Assembly (NCBI GenBank): GCA_965140785.1
Contig: OZ223483.1
Location: 1-52,279, forward strand
Source: an uncultured Ruficoccus sp.
GTDB taxonomy: Bacteria; Verrucomicrobiota; Verrucomicrobiia; Opitutales; Cerasicoccaceae
Reading direction: 5' to 3'
Length of the DNA stretch: 52,279 nucleotides
Below, piece after piece: positions 20,485 to 32,190 of this stretch. The translations under genes were made by a program, and so were the position numbers. Position 1 is the stretch's first letter; every line of letters begins with the position of its first letter. The notes under the pieces were generated by a model that made no database searches, was not told where the DNA came from, and worked only from the letters and a program-made list of their open reading frames with translations.

Positions 20485-21783
20485 ATGCCTTCATACGAAA
20501 CCCCTTCGAAACGGGAAGTGCCCGAAGACGAAGTCAACTACCAACCCGGAAGCAGCGCCAAAGCCCAACAGCCTGAAAACGAGGCCGAAGACTGCGACGA
20601 AAACGACGACCGCAAGGCCATCACCTGGAGCGAGTTGGCAGAAGAAAAGGAAAAGGGCGACGACGCCCTGGACGCCCTCCTCGAAACCGGCCCCCGCGCC
20701 CCCTGCCAGATAACCCCCGACGGCTCCGCCCCTCAAAGCTCCGTCCGGCGTTACGAAGCCCCCACCGACGGTGGCAGCTTCAGCCTGCGTGCCCGCGCCA
20801 AGGCGCCGACCGCCAAAAACAAGGACGCCGCCTCCGGTGCCCAGCCCGGCGAAGTCGAGCCCGGCAGCTTTACCGAGTCCCTCAGCGGCCACGCCGCCAA
20901 GGGCTATGCCGACCAAGCCGATAAGCCCGCACGCCGGCCCCGCCAGGAACGCCGGGAAGAGGACCGCGAGGACGACGCTACCGCCGCCGCCCAGGCCCCG
21001 GCCAAGGAACGCTTTTACGCCAAGGACGAGGACGACGAAGACGATATCCCGATGGGCGCCTCCAGCGAGGACAGCTCCGACGACGATTCCCGCTCGTCTG
21101 CCCAGCAGCGATCCGACGACAGCGAGGACGGCTCCGCGCCGCGCAAGCGCCGTCGTCGTCGCCGCTCCGACCGCCCGAACCGTGATAACCGTGAGGACTC
21201 CGGCGAAGACTCCAACGAGGATTCCGGCGACAATCAGGAACGCTCCGAACGCCGCTCCGGTAATCGTGAGCGCGGTGGGCGTCAGTCGCGCGGCGAAGGC
21301 AACCGCCAGCGTGGCGAGCGCCGCGAACGTCGTTCCGACTCCGACCGTGGCGGCAATGACCGTGGCAATCGCCGCCAAGGCGAACGCCGCGACAGCCGCT
21401 CCTCCGAGCGCCCCCCCAGGACCGACAAGCCCACCGCGCAGGAACCGGCCAAGAAGCCCGGCGGCCTGTTCGGCAAGGTCAAGTCCGCCCTCGGTTCCAT
21501 TTTTGGAGGCGGTGCCTCCGAGCCCGCCAAGACCGAAGCGGAAAAACCCGCCGACCGCTCTCCCAAAAAGCAAACCGCCCGCAAGCGCTCTCGCCAGGGC
21601 CAGGGCGGCGGTAACCGCGAAGGCGGCAACCGTCAGCCGCGCGGCGAAGGCAATCGTGGCGAGGGGAACCGTGGTGAAGGCGGCCAGGGTAATGGCCAGC
21701 GCCGTCGCCGTCGGCGCCGCCGTTCCGGTGGCGGAGGTGGCCGCAGGTCCGAGGGCAGCGACAACAACCGCTCGAACGACTAG
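20485..21783 (+). CDS. Intrinsically disordered Arg/Asp/Glu-rich protein resembling an RNase E C-terminal scaffold
   Basis: Low-complexity charged blocks, poly-Arg tracts, amphipathic segment GGLFGKVKSALGSIFGG; ends 14 bp before murA. Confidence 0.7.
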   Translation: MPSYETPSKREVPEDEVNYQPGSSAKAQQPENEAEDCDENDDRKAITWSELAEEKEKGDDALDALLETGPRAPCQITPDGSAPQSSVRRYEAPTDGGSFSLRARAKAPTAKNKDAASGAQPGEVEPGSFTESLSGHAAKGYADQADKPARRPRQERREEDREDDATAAAQAPAKERFYAKDEDDEDDIPMGASSEDSSDDDSRSSAQQRSDDSEDGSAPRKRRRRRRSDRPNRDNREDSGEDSNEDSGDNQERSERRSGNRERGGRQSRGEGNRQRGERRERRSDSDRGGNDRGNRRQGERRDSRSSERPPRTDKPTAQEPAKKPGGLFGKVKSALGSIFGGGASEPAKTEAEKPADRSPKKQTARKRSRQGQGGGNREGGNRQPRGEGNRGEGNRGEGGQGNGQRRRRRRRRSGGGGGRRSEGSDNNRSND

Positions 21784-21797
21784 CCGGACGCGCCCCT

Positions 21798-23099
21798 ATG
21801 GACGTCGTCCGCATCAGAGGTGGTCAACGCCTCGCCGGTACGGTTGAGATCGGCGGGGCCAAGAACGCCTGCCTGCCCATTTTCGCCGCCTGCCTGCTCA
21901 CTGCCGAGCCGGTCACCATTCGCAACGTCCCCGACCTGAGCGACGTCCGCTTCATGGCGGATATTCTTGAGCGACTCGGGGCCACGGTGGAGCGGCTCGA
22001 CCCGCACACCTGGCGCATCACCGCCGCGCAGGTCGCCACCCGCGCCCCCTACGACCTGGTGCGCAAGATGCGCGCCTCGGTCTGCCTGATGGGGCCGATG
22101 GTCGCCCGCATGAAGCGCGCCGAGGTCTCCCTGCCCGGCGGCTGCGTGATCGGTCCGCGCCCGATCGATCTGCACTTAAAGGGCCTGTCCAAGCTCAACT
22201 GCGGCGTCGAGATCAATGCCGGCTACGTCAAGCTCGACGGCTCCCGCCTGCGCGGGGGCGAGGTCTTCCTCGGCGGTCGCCACGGCAGCACCGTCACCGG
22301 CACGGCCAACATCCTCATGGCCGCCGTGTTGACCCCCGGCAAGACCCGGATCGACAGCGCCGCCTGCGAGCCGGAAGTGGTGGACCTGTGCCGCCTGCTT
22401 ATTTCCATGGGCGCAAAGATCACGGGCGTCGGCAGCCACGCCCTGCACATCGAGGGCGTCGAATCCCTCCACGGCACCGAGCACAGCGTGCTGCACGACC
22501 GGATCGAGGCGGGCACCTACCTGCTGGCAGGAGCCATCACCCGCAGCGACATCACCGTCAAGGGCGCGCAGGCCGAGCACTTGGCCGCGTTTTTGGATAA
22601 ACTTTCCGAGGCCGGGCTGAACTTCGAAATCCAGGACGCGAACACCATCCGCGTGCGCGGAGACACCTCCGACCTGCGCCCGGTGGACGTCATCACCCTG
22701 CCCCACCCGGGCTTCCCGACTGACCTGCAAGCCCAAACCTGCGCCCTGCTCGCGCTGCTGCCGGGCCTGAGCATCGTGACCGAGCGCGTTTACCCGAACC
22801 GCTTCATGCACGTGCCCGAGCTGGGCCGCATGGGTGCGGACATCGCTATCGAGGGTCCCAGCGCCGTGATCAAAGGCGGCGCCCAGCTCTCCGGCGCTCC
22901 CGTCATGGCCAGCGACCTGCGTGCCAGCGCGGCCCTGATCCTGGCCGGGCTCGCCGCCCGCGGCGAAACCTGGGTCCAGCGCATTTATCATCTCGACCGC
23001 GGCTACGAAAAGTTCGACGAGAAGCTCGCCGCCCTCGGCGCCGACGTCGCCCGCCTCAGTGACACCGAGATGCCCAAAGACCTCGCCGTCGAGGCGTAA
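21798..23099 (+). CDS. murA: UDP-N-acetylglucosamine 1-carboxyvinyltransferase
   Basis: GAKNA, MRAS, LPGGCVIGPRPIDLH, DRIEAGT, PGFPTDLQ, DLRA, HLDRGYE. Confidence 0.96.
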   Translation: MDVVRIRGGQRLAGTVEIGGAKNACLPIFAACLLTAEPVTIRNVPDLSDVRFMADILERLGATVERLDPHTWRITAAQVATRAPYDLVRKMRASVCLMGPMVARMKRAEVSLPGGCVIGPRPIDLHLKGLSKLNCGVEINAGYVKLDGSRLRGGEVFLGGRHGSTVTGTANILMAAVLTPGKTRIDSAACEPEVVDLCRLLISMGAKITGVGSHALHIEGVESLHGTEHSVLHDRIEAGTYLLAGAITRSDITVKGAQAEHLAAFLDKLSEAGLNFEIQDANTIRVRGDTSDLRPVDVITLPHPGFPTDLQAQTCALLALLPGLSIVTERVYPNRFMHVPELGRMGADIAIEGPSAVIKGGAQLSGAPVMASDLRASAALILAGLAARGETWVQRIYHLDRGYEKFDEKLAALGADVARLSDTEMPKDLAVEA

Positions 23100-23329
23100 G
23101 GGGGTTCCCTGATCCGCCTCCCTTTTGGGGGAGAAAGGAATTTAACAGGAAGACCGGGAAGAGCGGGAGGAGCGAAAAGAAAGCCCGGCCAGGAGTTGCG
23201 TTCTTATTGGATAAGAACTCTCGCCATGCCTGCATCCCCCGTCACGCGCCCCCACAACCTCCTTGGGATTGATGATGATCAAGAAATTAAGTGGGCTGTT
23301 CGTTTGAGTCGGCGACAATCACCGTTGCC

Positions 23330-23445
23330 CATGCCGCCGCTCCATGCGGAGGCATGAGTGATGCGCGAGCATCACAGGTCCAGGACGATGTCCTGGTCAC
23401 AGGGGCAGGATGATGTCCTGGTCACAGAGGCAGGACTCTGTCTTG
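23330..23445 (-). repeat. Three-hairpin repeat, copy A, with hairpin 1 triplicated at a 25-bp period
   Basis: Minus strand: CCAGGAC-atc-GTCCTGG ACC TGTGATGC-tcgc-GCATCAC ..CATGCCTCCGC-atgga-GCGGCGGCATG; CAGGA units at 23381, 23406 and 23431. Confidence 0.75.
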
Positions 23446-23449
23446 TCGC

Positions 23450-24559
23450 TCAGCCGAAGTACGCCCGCAGCGCGGCGCAAACGGCATCTTGCTGTTCCTC
23501 GGTCATGGTCGGGAACATGGGCAGGTTGACCGCTTCACGGGCGGCGCGCTCGGCCACCGGCATCGAGCCTTCCTGATAACCAAGGTGGGCGTAGCAGGGT
23601 TGCAGGTGCATGGAGCGCGGGTAGTGGTTGGAGGTGCCGATGCCCTGCTCCTTGAGCGTGGCGATCAGCTTGTCCCGCTCGGGAGCGCGCACCGTGTAGA
23701 GGTGGTAAACGCTCTCGCACCCCTCGGCCTCGCGCGGCAGTTCCAGCGGCAGCCCGTCCAGCAACTCGTGGTAGCGGTGGGCCAGGCGGCGGCGGGCCAG
23801 GGTCCAGTTGTCGAGATTGGGCAGGAGCACACCGAGAACGGCCCCTTGAATCGCCTCCATGCGGTAGTTGTAGCCGACCTCGTTGTGGAAATACCGCTCG
23901 AACGAACCGTGGTTGCGCAGGCCCCGCCCACGGGTGGCGAGCGCGTCGGAATTGGTCGTGAGCGCCCCGCCCTCACCGGCGGCGGGCAGATTCTTGGTCG
24001 GGTAAAAGCTGAAGCAGCCCATGTCGCCGATCGCACCCACGCGCTGGCCCTTGTAGCGGGCACCGTGCGCCTGAGCCGCGTCCTCGATCAGGCCGAGGTT
24101 GTGCTTTTGGCAAAGGGCCTTGAGCGCGTCCATCTCGCAGGGATGACCGTAGAGGTGGACAGCGACAATGGCCTTCGTACGCGGCGTGATGGCGGCTTCG
24201 ACCGCCGCCGGGTCCAGGCAGAAAGTGGCCGGGTCGATATCGGCGAAGACGGGCGTCGCCCCCTGATACGAGGCGCACCAGGCCGAAGCGGCAAAGGTGT
24301 AGGGCGTGGTAATGATCTCGTCGCCGGGCCCGATGTCGAGCAGGCGCGTGGCCAGGTGAAGCGCGGAGGTGCCGCTGTTGACCCCGATGCAATGGGCCGC
24401 CTCGCTGTAGGCGGCGAAGGCCTGCTCGAAGGCCTCGACCTTCGGGCCGAGCACGTAATGGCACGAGTCGATGACCTCGGAAATAGCGGCGGCGATGGCC
24501 TCGCGGTGCGGGGAAAGCAGGGACTGCAAGTCCAGCGGCGGAACGAACGGTTGGCTCAT
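23450..24559 (-). CDS. DegT/DnrJ/EryC1/StrS-family PLP-dependent sugar aminotransferase
   Basis: VNSGTSALHLA, IGPGDEII, IEDAAQAHGA, FSFYPTKNL, GYNYRM; start MSQPFVPPLDL. Confidence 0.92.
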   Translation of the reverse strand: MSQPFVPPLDLQSLLSPHREAIAAAISEVIDSCHYVLGPKVEAFEQAFAAYSEAAHCIGVNSGTSALHLATRLLDIGPGDEIITTPYTFAASAWCASYQGATPVFADIDPATFCLDPAAVEAAITPRTKAIVAVHLYGHPCEMDALKALCQKHNLGLIEDAAQAHGARYKGQRVGAIGDMGCFSFYPTKNLPAAGEGGALTTNSDALATRGRGLRNHGSFERYFHNEVGYNYRMEAIQGAVLGVLLPNLDNWTLARRRLAHRYHELLDGLPLELPREAEGCESVYHLYTVRAPERDKLIATLKEQGIGTSNHYPRSMHLQPCYAHLGYQEGSMPVAERAAREAVNLPMFPTMTEEQQDAVCAALRAYFG

Positions 24560-24599
24560 AAAGCCGCTCAGCCTGACAGCTCCCTCCCCCCCGGTCAAG

Positions 24600-24666
24600 C
24601 AAGGGCATAGCCCTTGACCCATGATCCTTGGGATCACCGATGGCATTTCCTGGAGAAATGCCATCG
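24600..24666 (+). repeat. Three-hairpin repeat, copy B
   Basis: CAAGGGC-ata-GCCCTTG ACC CATGATCC-ttg-GGATCAC CGATGGCATTTC-ctgga-GAAATGCCATCG. Confidence 0.8.
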
Positions 24667-24721
24667 AGAATGATCGTTTCGCCGTTGTCATTAATTCGCC
24701 CTCGAGAGATATATGCGCGTG

Positions 24722-25177
24722 ATGACAAATCAGTGGCAGCGTGTGGCAGGTACGGTGATCCCCGGCTATGGGGTCGCCTCCGGCTGCGGCAATGACCCGC
24801 GCTACCCGGCAGGCACACTCGCCCTGCAGTGGCCGCACTTCGTCGCCCGTGGCCTGCCGCTGGAGGGACTTCATCGCGGCACGCTGAACATCGACATCGC
24901 CCCGCGCCGCTTCAAGCTGACCGGCGGGGACTGGTGCTTCCCGGGCGTAGACTGGTCCGCGTATATCCCGCCCGAGACTTTTTCCTTCAGCCGCTGTCGC
25001 CTCATCTGGCGGGGGACCACCCACGAAGCCCTCATCTACTACCCCCACCCCGAGACCAAGCCCGAGCATTTCCAGCGCGATTCGGTGATCGAGGTTCTCG
25101 CCCCCTGGATCGACGGCCTCGGCTACGGCTCCACCGTTGAGCTGGACCTCAGCCCGGGCGTCACTCTGGCCCCCTGA
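24722..25177 (+). CDS. Protein similar to archaeal-type CTP-dependent riboflavin kinase
   Basis: GTVIPGYGVAS, GTLNID, VIEVLAP..GLGYGSTVEL match that family's motif order. Confidence 0.55.
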   Translation: MTNQWQRVAGTVIPGYGVASGCGNDPRYPAGTLALQWPHFVARGLPLEGLHRGTLNIDIAPRRFKLTGGDWCFPGVDWSAYIPPETFSFSRCRLIWRGTTHEALIYYPHPETKPEHFQRDSVIEVLAPWIDGLGYGSTVELDLSPGVTLAP

Positions 25178-25317
25178 CGAGGGGGTGGCTGATCGGCTCT
25201 GAGCAGGGAAACCCCATGGTTACTACCCTAGCCGGAGCACGGGGGCCGCTCATAAAAATGTGTCTATTTCGTTGCAAGGGGAAGCGGTCCGCATAAGCTT
25301 CCCGGCTTTACCACCCG

Positions 25318-27229
<1,912 letters not shown>

Positions 27230-27231
<2 letters not shown>

Positions 27232-27290
27232 TCCGGCTGGACCAGCAATAAGGGGCGCTGCCCCTACGCCGCCAAAAAGGCGGCTACCCC
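27230..27290 (+). repeat. Post-stop repeat family 2, copy 1
   Basis: AGTCCGGCTGGACCAGCA identical to 43790-43807, then AGGGGC/GCCCCT and GCCGCC/GGCGGC hairpins ending TACCCC. Confidence 0.75.
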
Positions 27291-27332
27291 TGCTCGCCCC
27301 CCCTTTTTTCGTGGGCATACCATCCCTCGCGC

Positions 27333-27398
27333 CCATGGCATTTTTCAAAAAAATGCCATCCGGATGCGCAAGCATCCAGGGTCCAGGGCATGCCCTGG
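27333..27398 (-). repeat. Three-hairpin repeat, copy C
   Basis: Minus strand: CCAGGGC-at-GCCCTGG ACC CTGGATGC-ttgc-GCATCC GGATGGCATTTTT-ttg-AAAAATGCCATGG. Confidence 0.8.
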
Positions 27399-27445
27399 TT
27401 TTTATTTGACTTATTCACAATCGGTCGGTATCGAAGGTGCAACCT

Positions 27446-28033
27446 ATGAATGATACGCTGTCCAGAAGGGTCTTGGTCCTGAACCGCCTCTGGCAGGCTG
27501 TCAACATTGTGGGCGTCAAACGGGCGCTCAGTCTGCTCATGCAGGAGCACGCGCAGGTCATTGATACCTGCGACGGAAACTTTAACATCCTTGATGCGGG
27601 ACAGTGGATTGACTACTCGCTGGCCAATCCCCCCACCCTCGACTCGGAGGCCATCCACACCATCCGCCTGCGCCTGCGCCTGCCCAAAGTCATGCTGCTG
27701 CGCCAGTACGACAAGGTACCGACCAAGGAGGTGAAGTTCAACCGACAGAACGTCTTCGAGCGCGATGGGCACGAGTGCCAGTACTGCGGGAATCATTTCC
27801 ACGAGCGCGACCTGAACCTCGACCACATCATCCCGCGCGACATGGGCGGGCGCACCACTTGGGAGAACATCGTCACCTCCTGCATCAAGTGCAACACCCG
27901 CAAGGCCAACCGCCTCCCCCATCAGGCCGGTATGCACCTCAAGCGCAAGCCCGACCGCCCGCGCTACCGCCCCTTTGTCCAGACCATCCCGGTCACCGAA
28001 CGCGAAGACGGCTGGGAGTACTTCCTCAAATAG
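27446..28033 (+). CDS. HNH endonuclease (McrA/COG1403-like with N-terminal VLVLN motif)
   Basis: RRVLVLN; RQNVFERDGHECQYCG, LDHIIPR..GG..TWENIVTSCIKCNTRKAN. Confidence 0.92.
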   Translation: MNDTLSRRVLVLNRLWQAVNIVGVKRALSLLMQEHAQVIDTCDGNFNILDAGQWIDYSLANPPTLDSEAIHTIRLRLRLPKVMLLRQYDKVPTKEVKFNRQNVFERDGHECQYCGNHFHERDLNLDHIIPRDMGGRTTWENIVTSCIKCNTRKANRLPHQAGMHLKRKPDRPRYRPFVQTIPVTEREDGWEYFLK

Positions 28034-28048
28034 CAATCAAGCAGGCAG

Positions 28049-28116
28049 GCAGGACGAAGTCCTGCACCTGTGATGCTGGCGCATCACGGATGGCATTTCC
28101 TGGAGAAATGCCATGG
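28049..28116 (+). repeat. Three-hairpin repeat, copy D
   Basis: GCAGGAC-gaa-GTCCTGC ACC TGTGATGC-tggc-GCATCAC GGATGGCATTTC-ctgga-GAAATGCCATGG. Confidence 0.8.
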
Positions 28117-28339
28117 CGTCATTCGCAGAGCTATTGGGAATGCGCTCTGGTCAGGTAATGGACGGACCGATGAGGCTGCATCGGAATGGTAAGCGACCAG
28201 CTTGGCCAAGCATTCCATCGAATGGCATGAACCCCGTTTCAAATGAAACGGATTAAGCGATGGGGGCGCAGCCACTCTCCAACCGTCCCCGCCTGGGCGA
28301 GAGCACGGGGGACATGACAAGAGGCACGAAGGCCGTGCT

Positions 28340-30655
28340 CTAGGTCCGGGCCATGACTTTCTCGATGGCGGTTTCCCAGGTTTCGCGCAGGGCGTTGACA
28401 TCCCAGGTGAGGGTGTCACCGGCTTTGCAGGACAGGGTCGGCTCGTCCTGCACCTCGCCGATGACAACGGCGTCAATGCCCGCGTCGGTGGCGGCATCCA
28501 GGACGGATTCGACTTTTTTCTGGGAAACGGACAGGAGCACGCGGCCCTGGCTTTCACCGTAGAGAAGCGCGTCGAGACGTCCGGCCTTGTCGGCCATCCC
28601 GGCGAGGTCGAGCTTGGCCCCGTAGGTCTTGCCCGGAGCGAACAGCATCTCGGCCACGGCCGTGAGCAGCCCACCCTCGGAGAGGTCGTGCGCGGCCTTG
28701 ACCCGGCCCGCTCCGATCTGCGCGAGAACGCAGGCGGCGAGGCGCTTCTCGGCCTCCAGGTCCACGGCGGGCGCGGCCCCGGTCTTCAGGTCGTGCATGA
28801 CCTTCAGGTAATAGCTGCCGCCCAGCTCGTGCGGACAGCCGCCGAGCAGGATGAGGTGCTCGCCCACGCCCTTGACGGTCTGGGTGGTGATGTGCTCGGG
28901 GTCGTCCACGATACCGGCCAGCGAAACGACCGGCGTCGGGTCGATCTTCAGATTGACGTTCTCGTTGTAGAGGCTGACGTTGCCGCCGACCACGGGCAGG
29001 TCGAAGGCCCGGCAGGCCTCGGAGAGCCCGCGCACCGACTCCTTCAGCATGTAGAAGGACTCGGGCTTGTTCGGGTTGCCGAAATTCAGGTTGTTGGTCA
29101 TGGCCAAGCCGCGCGCGCCGGAGCAGGCGAGGTTGCGCAGGCACTCGGCCATGGCAATCTTGGCCCCGGTGTAGGGGTCGAGCCAGCAGAAGCGGTTGTT
29201 GCAGTCGTTGGCGATGGCGATGAATTTCTCCTTCTCGCCATCCAGGCGCAGGCGCACGACGGCGGCGTCCGAGCCGGGCTCAATCACCGTGCCGGTCATA
29301 ACCATGTGGTCGTACTGTTCGTACACCCAGCGCTTGCTCGCGATGGTCGGATGCGCAAGGAGCTTGCCCAGCGCGCCGACGAGGGTGGCCTTGTCCGGGG
29401 CGGGCAAGGAGTCGGCCTTCCAGGCGCGGCACTCGGCCATGTAGGCCGGTTCCTGCGCCTCGCGCTCGTAAACCGGGGCCTCATCCGCGAGCTTGGCGGC
29501 GGGGAGCTTGACCACGGGCTTGCCGTGCTGGTTGACGACCATGTCCTCGCCCTCGGTCACGGTGCCGATCTCGACCGCGTGCAGGTCCCACTTTTCGAAA
29601 ATCGCTTCCAGCTCCTTCTCGCGGCCCTTCTGGACGATGACGAGCATACGCTCCTGGCTCTCGGAGAGCATGATCTCGTAAGAGTTCATGCCGGTCTCAC
29701 GCTGCGGAACCTTGTCCAGCTCGATCTCGATTCCGCTGCCGCCACGTCCGGCGGTCTCGCAGGTGGAGCAAGTCAGCCCGGCGGCGCCCATGTCCTGGAT
29801 GCCGACCACGAGCCCCTCAACCGCCATCATTTCGAGGCAGGCCTCGATGAGGAGCTTTTCCATGAACGGGTCGCCCTTCTGCACGGCGGGGCGGTCGGCG
29901 GCGGATTCCTCCGAAAGCTCGCGGCTGGCGAAGCTGGCCCCTCCGAGGCCATCGCGCCCGGTGGGCGGGCCCACGTAGTAAACGGGGTTGCCCACGCCCT
30001 TGGCCGCGCCGCGCTTGATCTGGTCGTGGCGCAGGACGCCCAGGCACAGGGCGTTGACGAGCGGGTTGCCCTCGTAGCACGGGTCGAAGTACACGTCGCC
30101 GCCGACATTGGGGATGCCGATGCAGTTGCCGTAATGGGAAATCCCGTGCACCACCCCGCGGAAGAGCCGCTTGGACTGGGCCGAGGAGAGGTCGCCGAAG
30201 CGCAGGGAGTTGGTCAGCAGGACCGGGCGTGCGCCCATGGTGAAAATATCGCGGATGATGCCGCCCACGCCGGTGGCCGCCCCCTCGAAAGGCTCGACCG
30301 CGCTGGGGTGGTTGTGCGACTCGATCTTGAAGCAGATGGCCCAGCCGTCGCCGATGTCAATGACCCCGGCATTTTCCTCCCCGGCCTTGATCAGCACCTG
30401 ATTGGGCGACTTCGAGTCGGCCTTCTGTGTCGGGAAGGTCTTCAGCAGCGGGCGCGAGTTTTTATAGGAACAGTGCTCGGACCACATGACCGAAAAGATG
30501 CCCAGCTCGGTCAGGTTCGGCTCGCGGCCGATGATTTCCTGGATCAGCTCATACTCCTTGGGCGTGAGGCCGTGCTTATCGACCAGCTCGGGCGTGATCG
30601 GGACGTTCAGGACCGGGTCGGGATTCGGTGGCAGGGATTCGGAAGCGGTGGACAT
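28340..30655 (-). CDS. purL: Phosphoribosylformylglycinamidine synthase subunit PurL (small type)
   Basis: [62 protein letters not shown]. Confidence 0.96.
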   Translation of the reverse strand: MSTASESLPPNPDPVLNVPITPELVDKHGLTPKEYELIQEIIGREPNLTELGIFSVMWSEHCSYKNSRPLLKTFPTQKADSKSPNQVLIKAGEENAGVIDIGDGWAICFKIESHNHPSAVEPFEGAATGVGGIIRDIFTMGARPVLLTNSLRFGDLSSAQSKRLFRGVVHGISHYGNCIGIPNVGGDVYFDPCYEGNPLVNALCLGVLRHDQIKRGAAKGVGNPVYYVGPPTGRDGLGGASFASRELSEESAADRPAVQKGDPFMEKLLIEACLEMMAVEGLVVGIQDMGAAGLTCSTCETAGRGGSGIEIELDKVPQRETGMNSYEIMLSESQERMLVIVQKGREKELEAIFEKWDLHAVEIGTVTEGEDMVVNQHGKPVVKLPAAKLADEAPVYEREAQEPAYMAECRAWKADSLPAPDKATLVGALGKLLAHPTIASKRWVYEQYDHMVMTGTVIEPGSDAAVVRLRLDGEKEKFIAIANDCNNRFCWLDPYTGAKIAMAECLRNLACSGARGLAMTNNLNFGNPNKPESFYMLKESVRGLSEACRAFDLPVVGGNVSLYNENVNLKIDPTPVVSLAGIVDDPEHITTQTVKGVGEHLILLGGCPHELGGSYYLKVMHDLKTGAAPAVDLEAEKRLAACVLAQIGAGRVKAAHDLSEGGLLTAVAEMLFAPGKTYGAKLDLAGMADKAGRLDALLYGESQGRVLLSVSQKKVESVLDAATDAGIDAVVIGEVQDEPTLSCKAGDTLTWDVNALRETWETAIEKVMART

Positions 30656-30712
30656 GGTTATCTAAAAAAAATGAAAGGAGCGGCGGCGGACGTCAACCCC
30701 AGGCGGCAGCGA

Positions 30713-31300
30713 TCAGCCTTGCATGGGCGAGTCCGACGGCCGCTTTGGTGGCTGCTCCGGGGAAGGCCCGGTCTCGTCGGGCTCGGGTTCGCCAGCGGCG
30801 GAAGCCGGTTTTTTCTCGCCGGGAACGGAGTCCAGCTCCTGCGGAGGCGGTTCAGAGGCACCGGGCGGTACAGGCGACGGCTGGACGGGAAGTTCTTCCG
30901 GCAGGCCGGTAACCGCGGCGGACGGCGAGGCGGGCGCCAGGGCGGAAGACTCGGGCGATAAAGCCGTAGGCGGCACGGGCGTGGACGCAGGCTGAGCCGG
31001 GGGTTCCTCGGGCAGGCCCGTGATCGCTGTAGCCGGGGCCGAAGGTAGCGGCGGCGGGGCCTGGGGCTCGTCCGGCTCGGATTCGGCGGGCTCCCTGGCC
31101 ATGAGGCCACCGGCGATGAAGCAGACGGCCAGCCCGATCAGGAGCGTATTAAAAAGCCAGGAGACGGTCGTCAGGTAGTTGAGCGGGCTCTCGTAGTCGA
31201 GGCTGGGCGAGACGAAGTAGTCGAAAAACAGCGCGAAGAGGCCCGCGGCCAGTCCGAAGACCCCGCATACCAGTCCGGCGCATCCCAAGCCCCGGCGCAT
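30713..31300 (-). CDS. Membrane protein with Pro-rich disordered tail
   Basis: Two hydrophobic helices, then a Pro/Glu/Ser-rich tail; ATG 3 bp after the purQ stop. Confidence 0.6.
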   Translation of the reverse strand: MRRGLGCAGLVCGVFGLAAGLFALFFDYFVSPSLDYESPLNYLTTVSWLFNTLLIGLAVCFIAGGLMAREPAESEPDEPQAPPPLPSAPATAITGLPEEPPAQPASTPVPPTALSPESSALAPASPSAAVTGLPEELPVQPSPVPPGASEPPPQELDSVPGEKKPASAAGEPEPDETGPSPEQPPKRPSDSPMQG

Positions 31301-31303
31301 GAC

Positions 31304-31973
31304 TCAGGTCGCCACGGCGGCGAGTTCGAGGAAGGCCCGCAAAATCGGCAGGCCGTCGCAACTGGGCATGAAGGGCTCCACCGCGCGCTCGGGGTGCGGC
31401 ATCATGCCGACCACGTTGCCGCGCTCGGAGCGGATGCCGGCGATGTCGCCGATAGAGCCGTTGGGATTGTCCGCGTAGCGGAAAAGGATCTGCTTGTTGG
31501 CTTCGAGCTGGGCCAAGCCGGCCTCGTCGATGCGGTAGTTACCCTCGCCGTGAGCGATGGGGATGCGCACGCGCTCGCCCAGCTTGCCGGGGTTGAAGTG
31601 CTCGTTGCTGTCCTCGACGATGAGCTCGGAGGTCAGGCAGCGGAACTCCAGGCCGGTGTTGCGCACCAGCGCGCCCGGCAGCAGCCCGGCCTCGCAGAGG
31701 ATCTGGAAGCCGTTGCAAATGCCGATGACCGGCCCGCCCCGCCTCGGCGAAATCCTTCAGCGCGGCCATGACCGGCGAGAAACGCGCGATCGCGCCGCAG
31801 CGCAGGTAATCGCCATAGGAGAAACCGCCCGGCAGCACGACCGCGCCATAACCGGACAGGGAGTCTTCCTTGTGCCAGACCAATTGGGCATCCACCCCGA
31901 GCACGTCACGCACCGCGTGAAGCGCGTCGGTATCGCAGTTGGAGCCGGGAAACTGTAAAATTGCCACCCGCAT
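31304..31973 (-). CDS. purQ: FGAM synthase glutaminase subunit PurQ, with one frameshift at about 31738 (likely sequence error)
   Basis: [23 protein letters not shown] in one frame; [27 protein letters not shown] in the next; one extra G in GCGGGGCGGG. Confidence 0.9.
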
Positions 31974-32190
31974 GGGCCCCCATCATTCCCATCCGCTCCG
32001 CGCTGTCCAGTCTATACCCGAACGAAAAACCCCGGAACCCGAATTAATCGGCGGGATCTTTTTTCCGGCTCTCTGGGGTCAAAAAAATGTCAACCTGCAC
32101 CCGCCCCGGGAATTCGACTTGTTGCCCGGGCTGGCCAGGCTATTATGATTGCCCATAACGGGTGTAAAGAAAACCTCACCCCCTTTTCCC

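Noticed and set aside
23372..23445. 25-bp periodic repeat as a mini-CRISPR
   Set aside because: No spacers; it is a local triplication of hairpin 1 of the dispersed element
27411..27419. DnaA-box-like TTATTCACA upstream of the HNH gene
   Set aside because: Single box with no cluster or origin context; may be chance
27446..28033. HNH protein as IscB or Cas9-like
   Set aside because: Only about 195 aa, with no RuvC motifs or PLMP N-terminus
31730..31745. Programmed frameshift or phase variation in purQ
   Set aside because: The G run is short, there is no slippery heptamer, and similar indels occur elsewhere in the window
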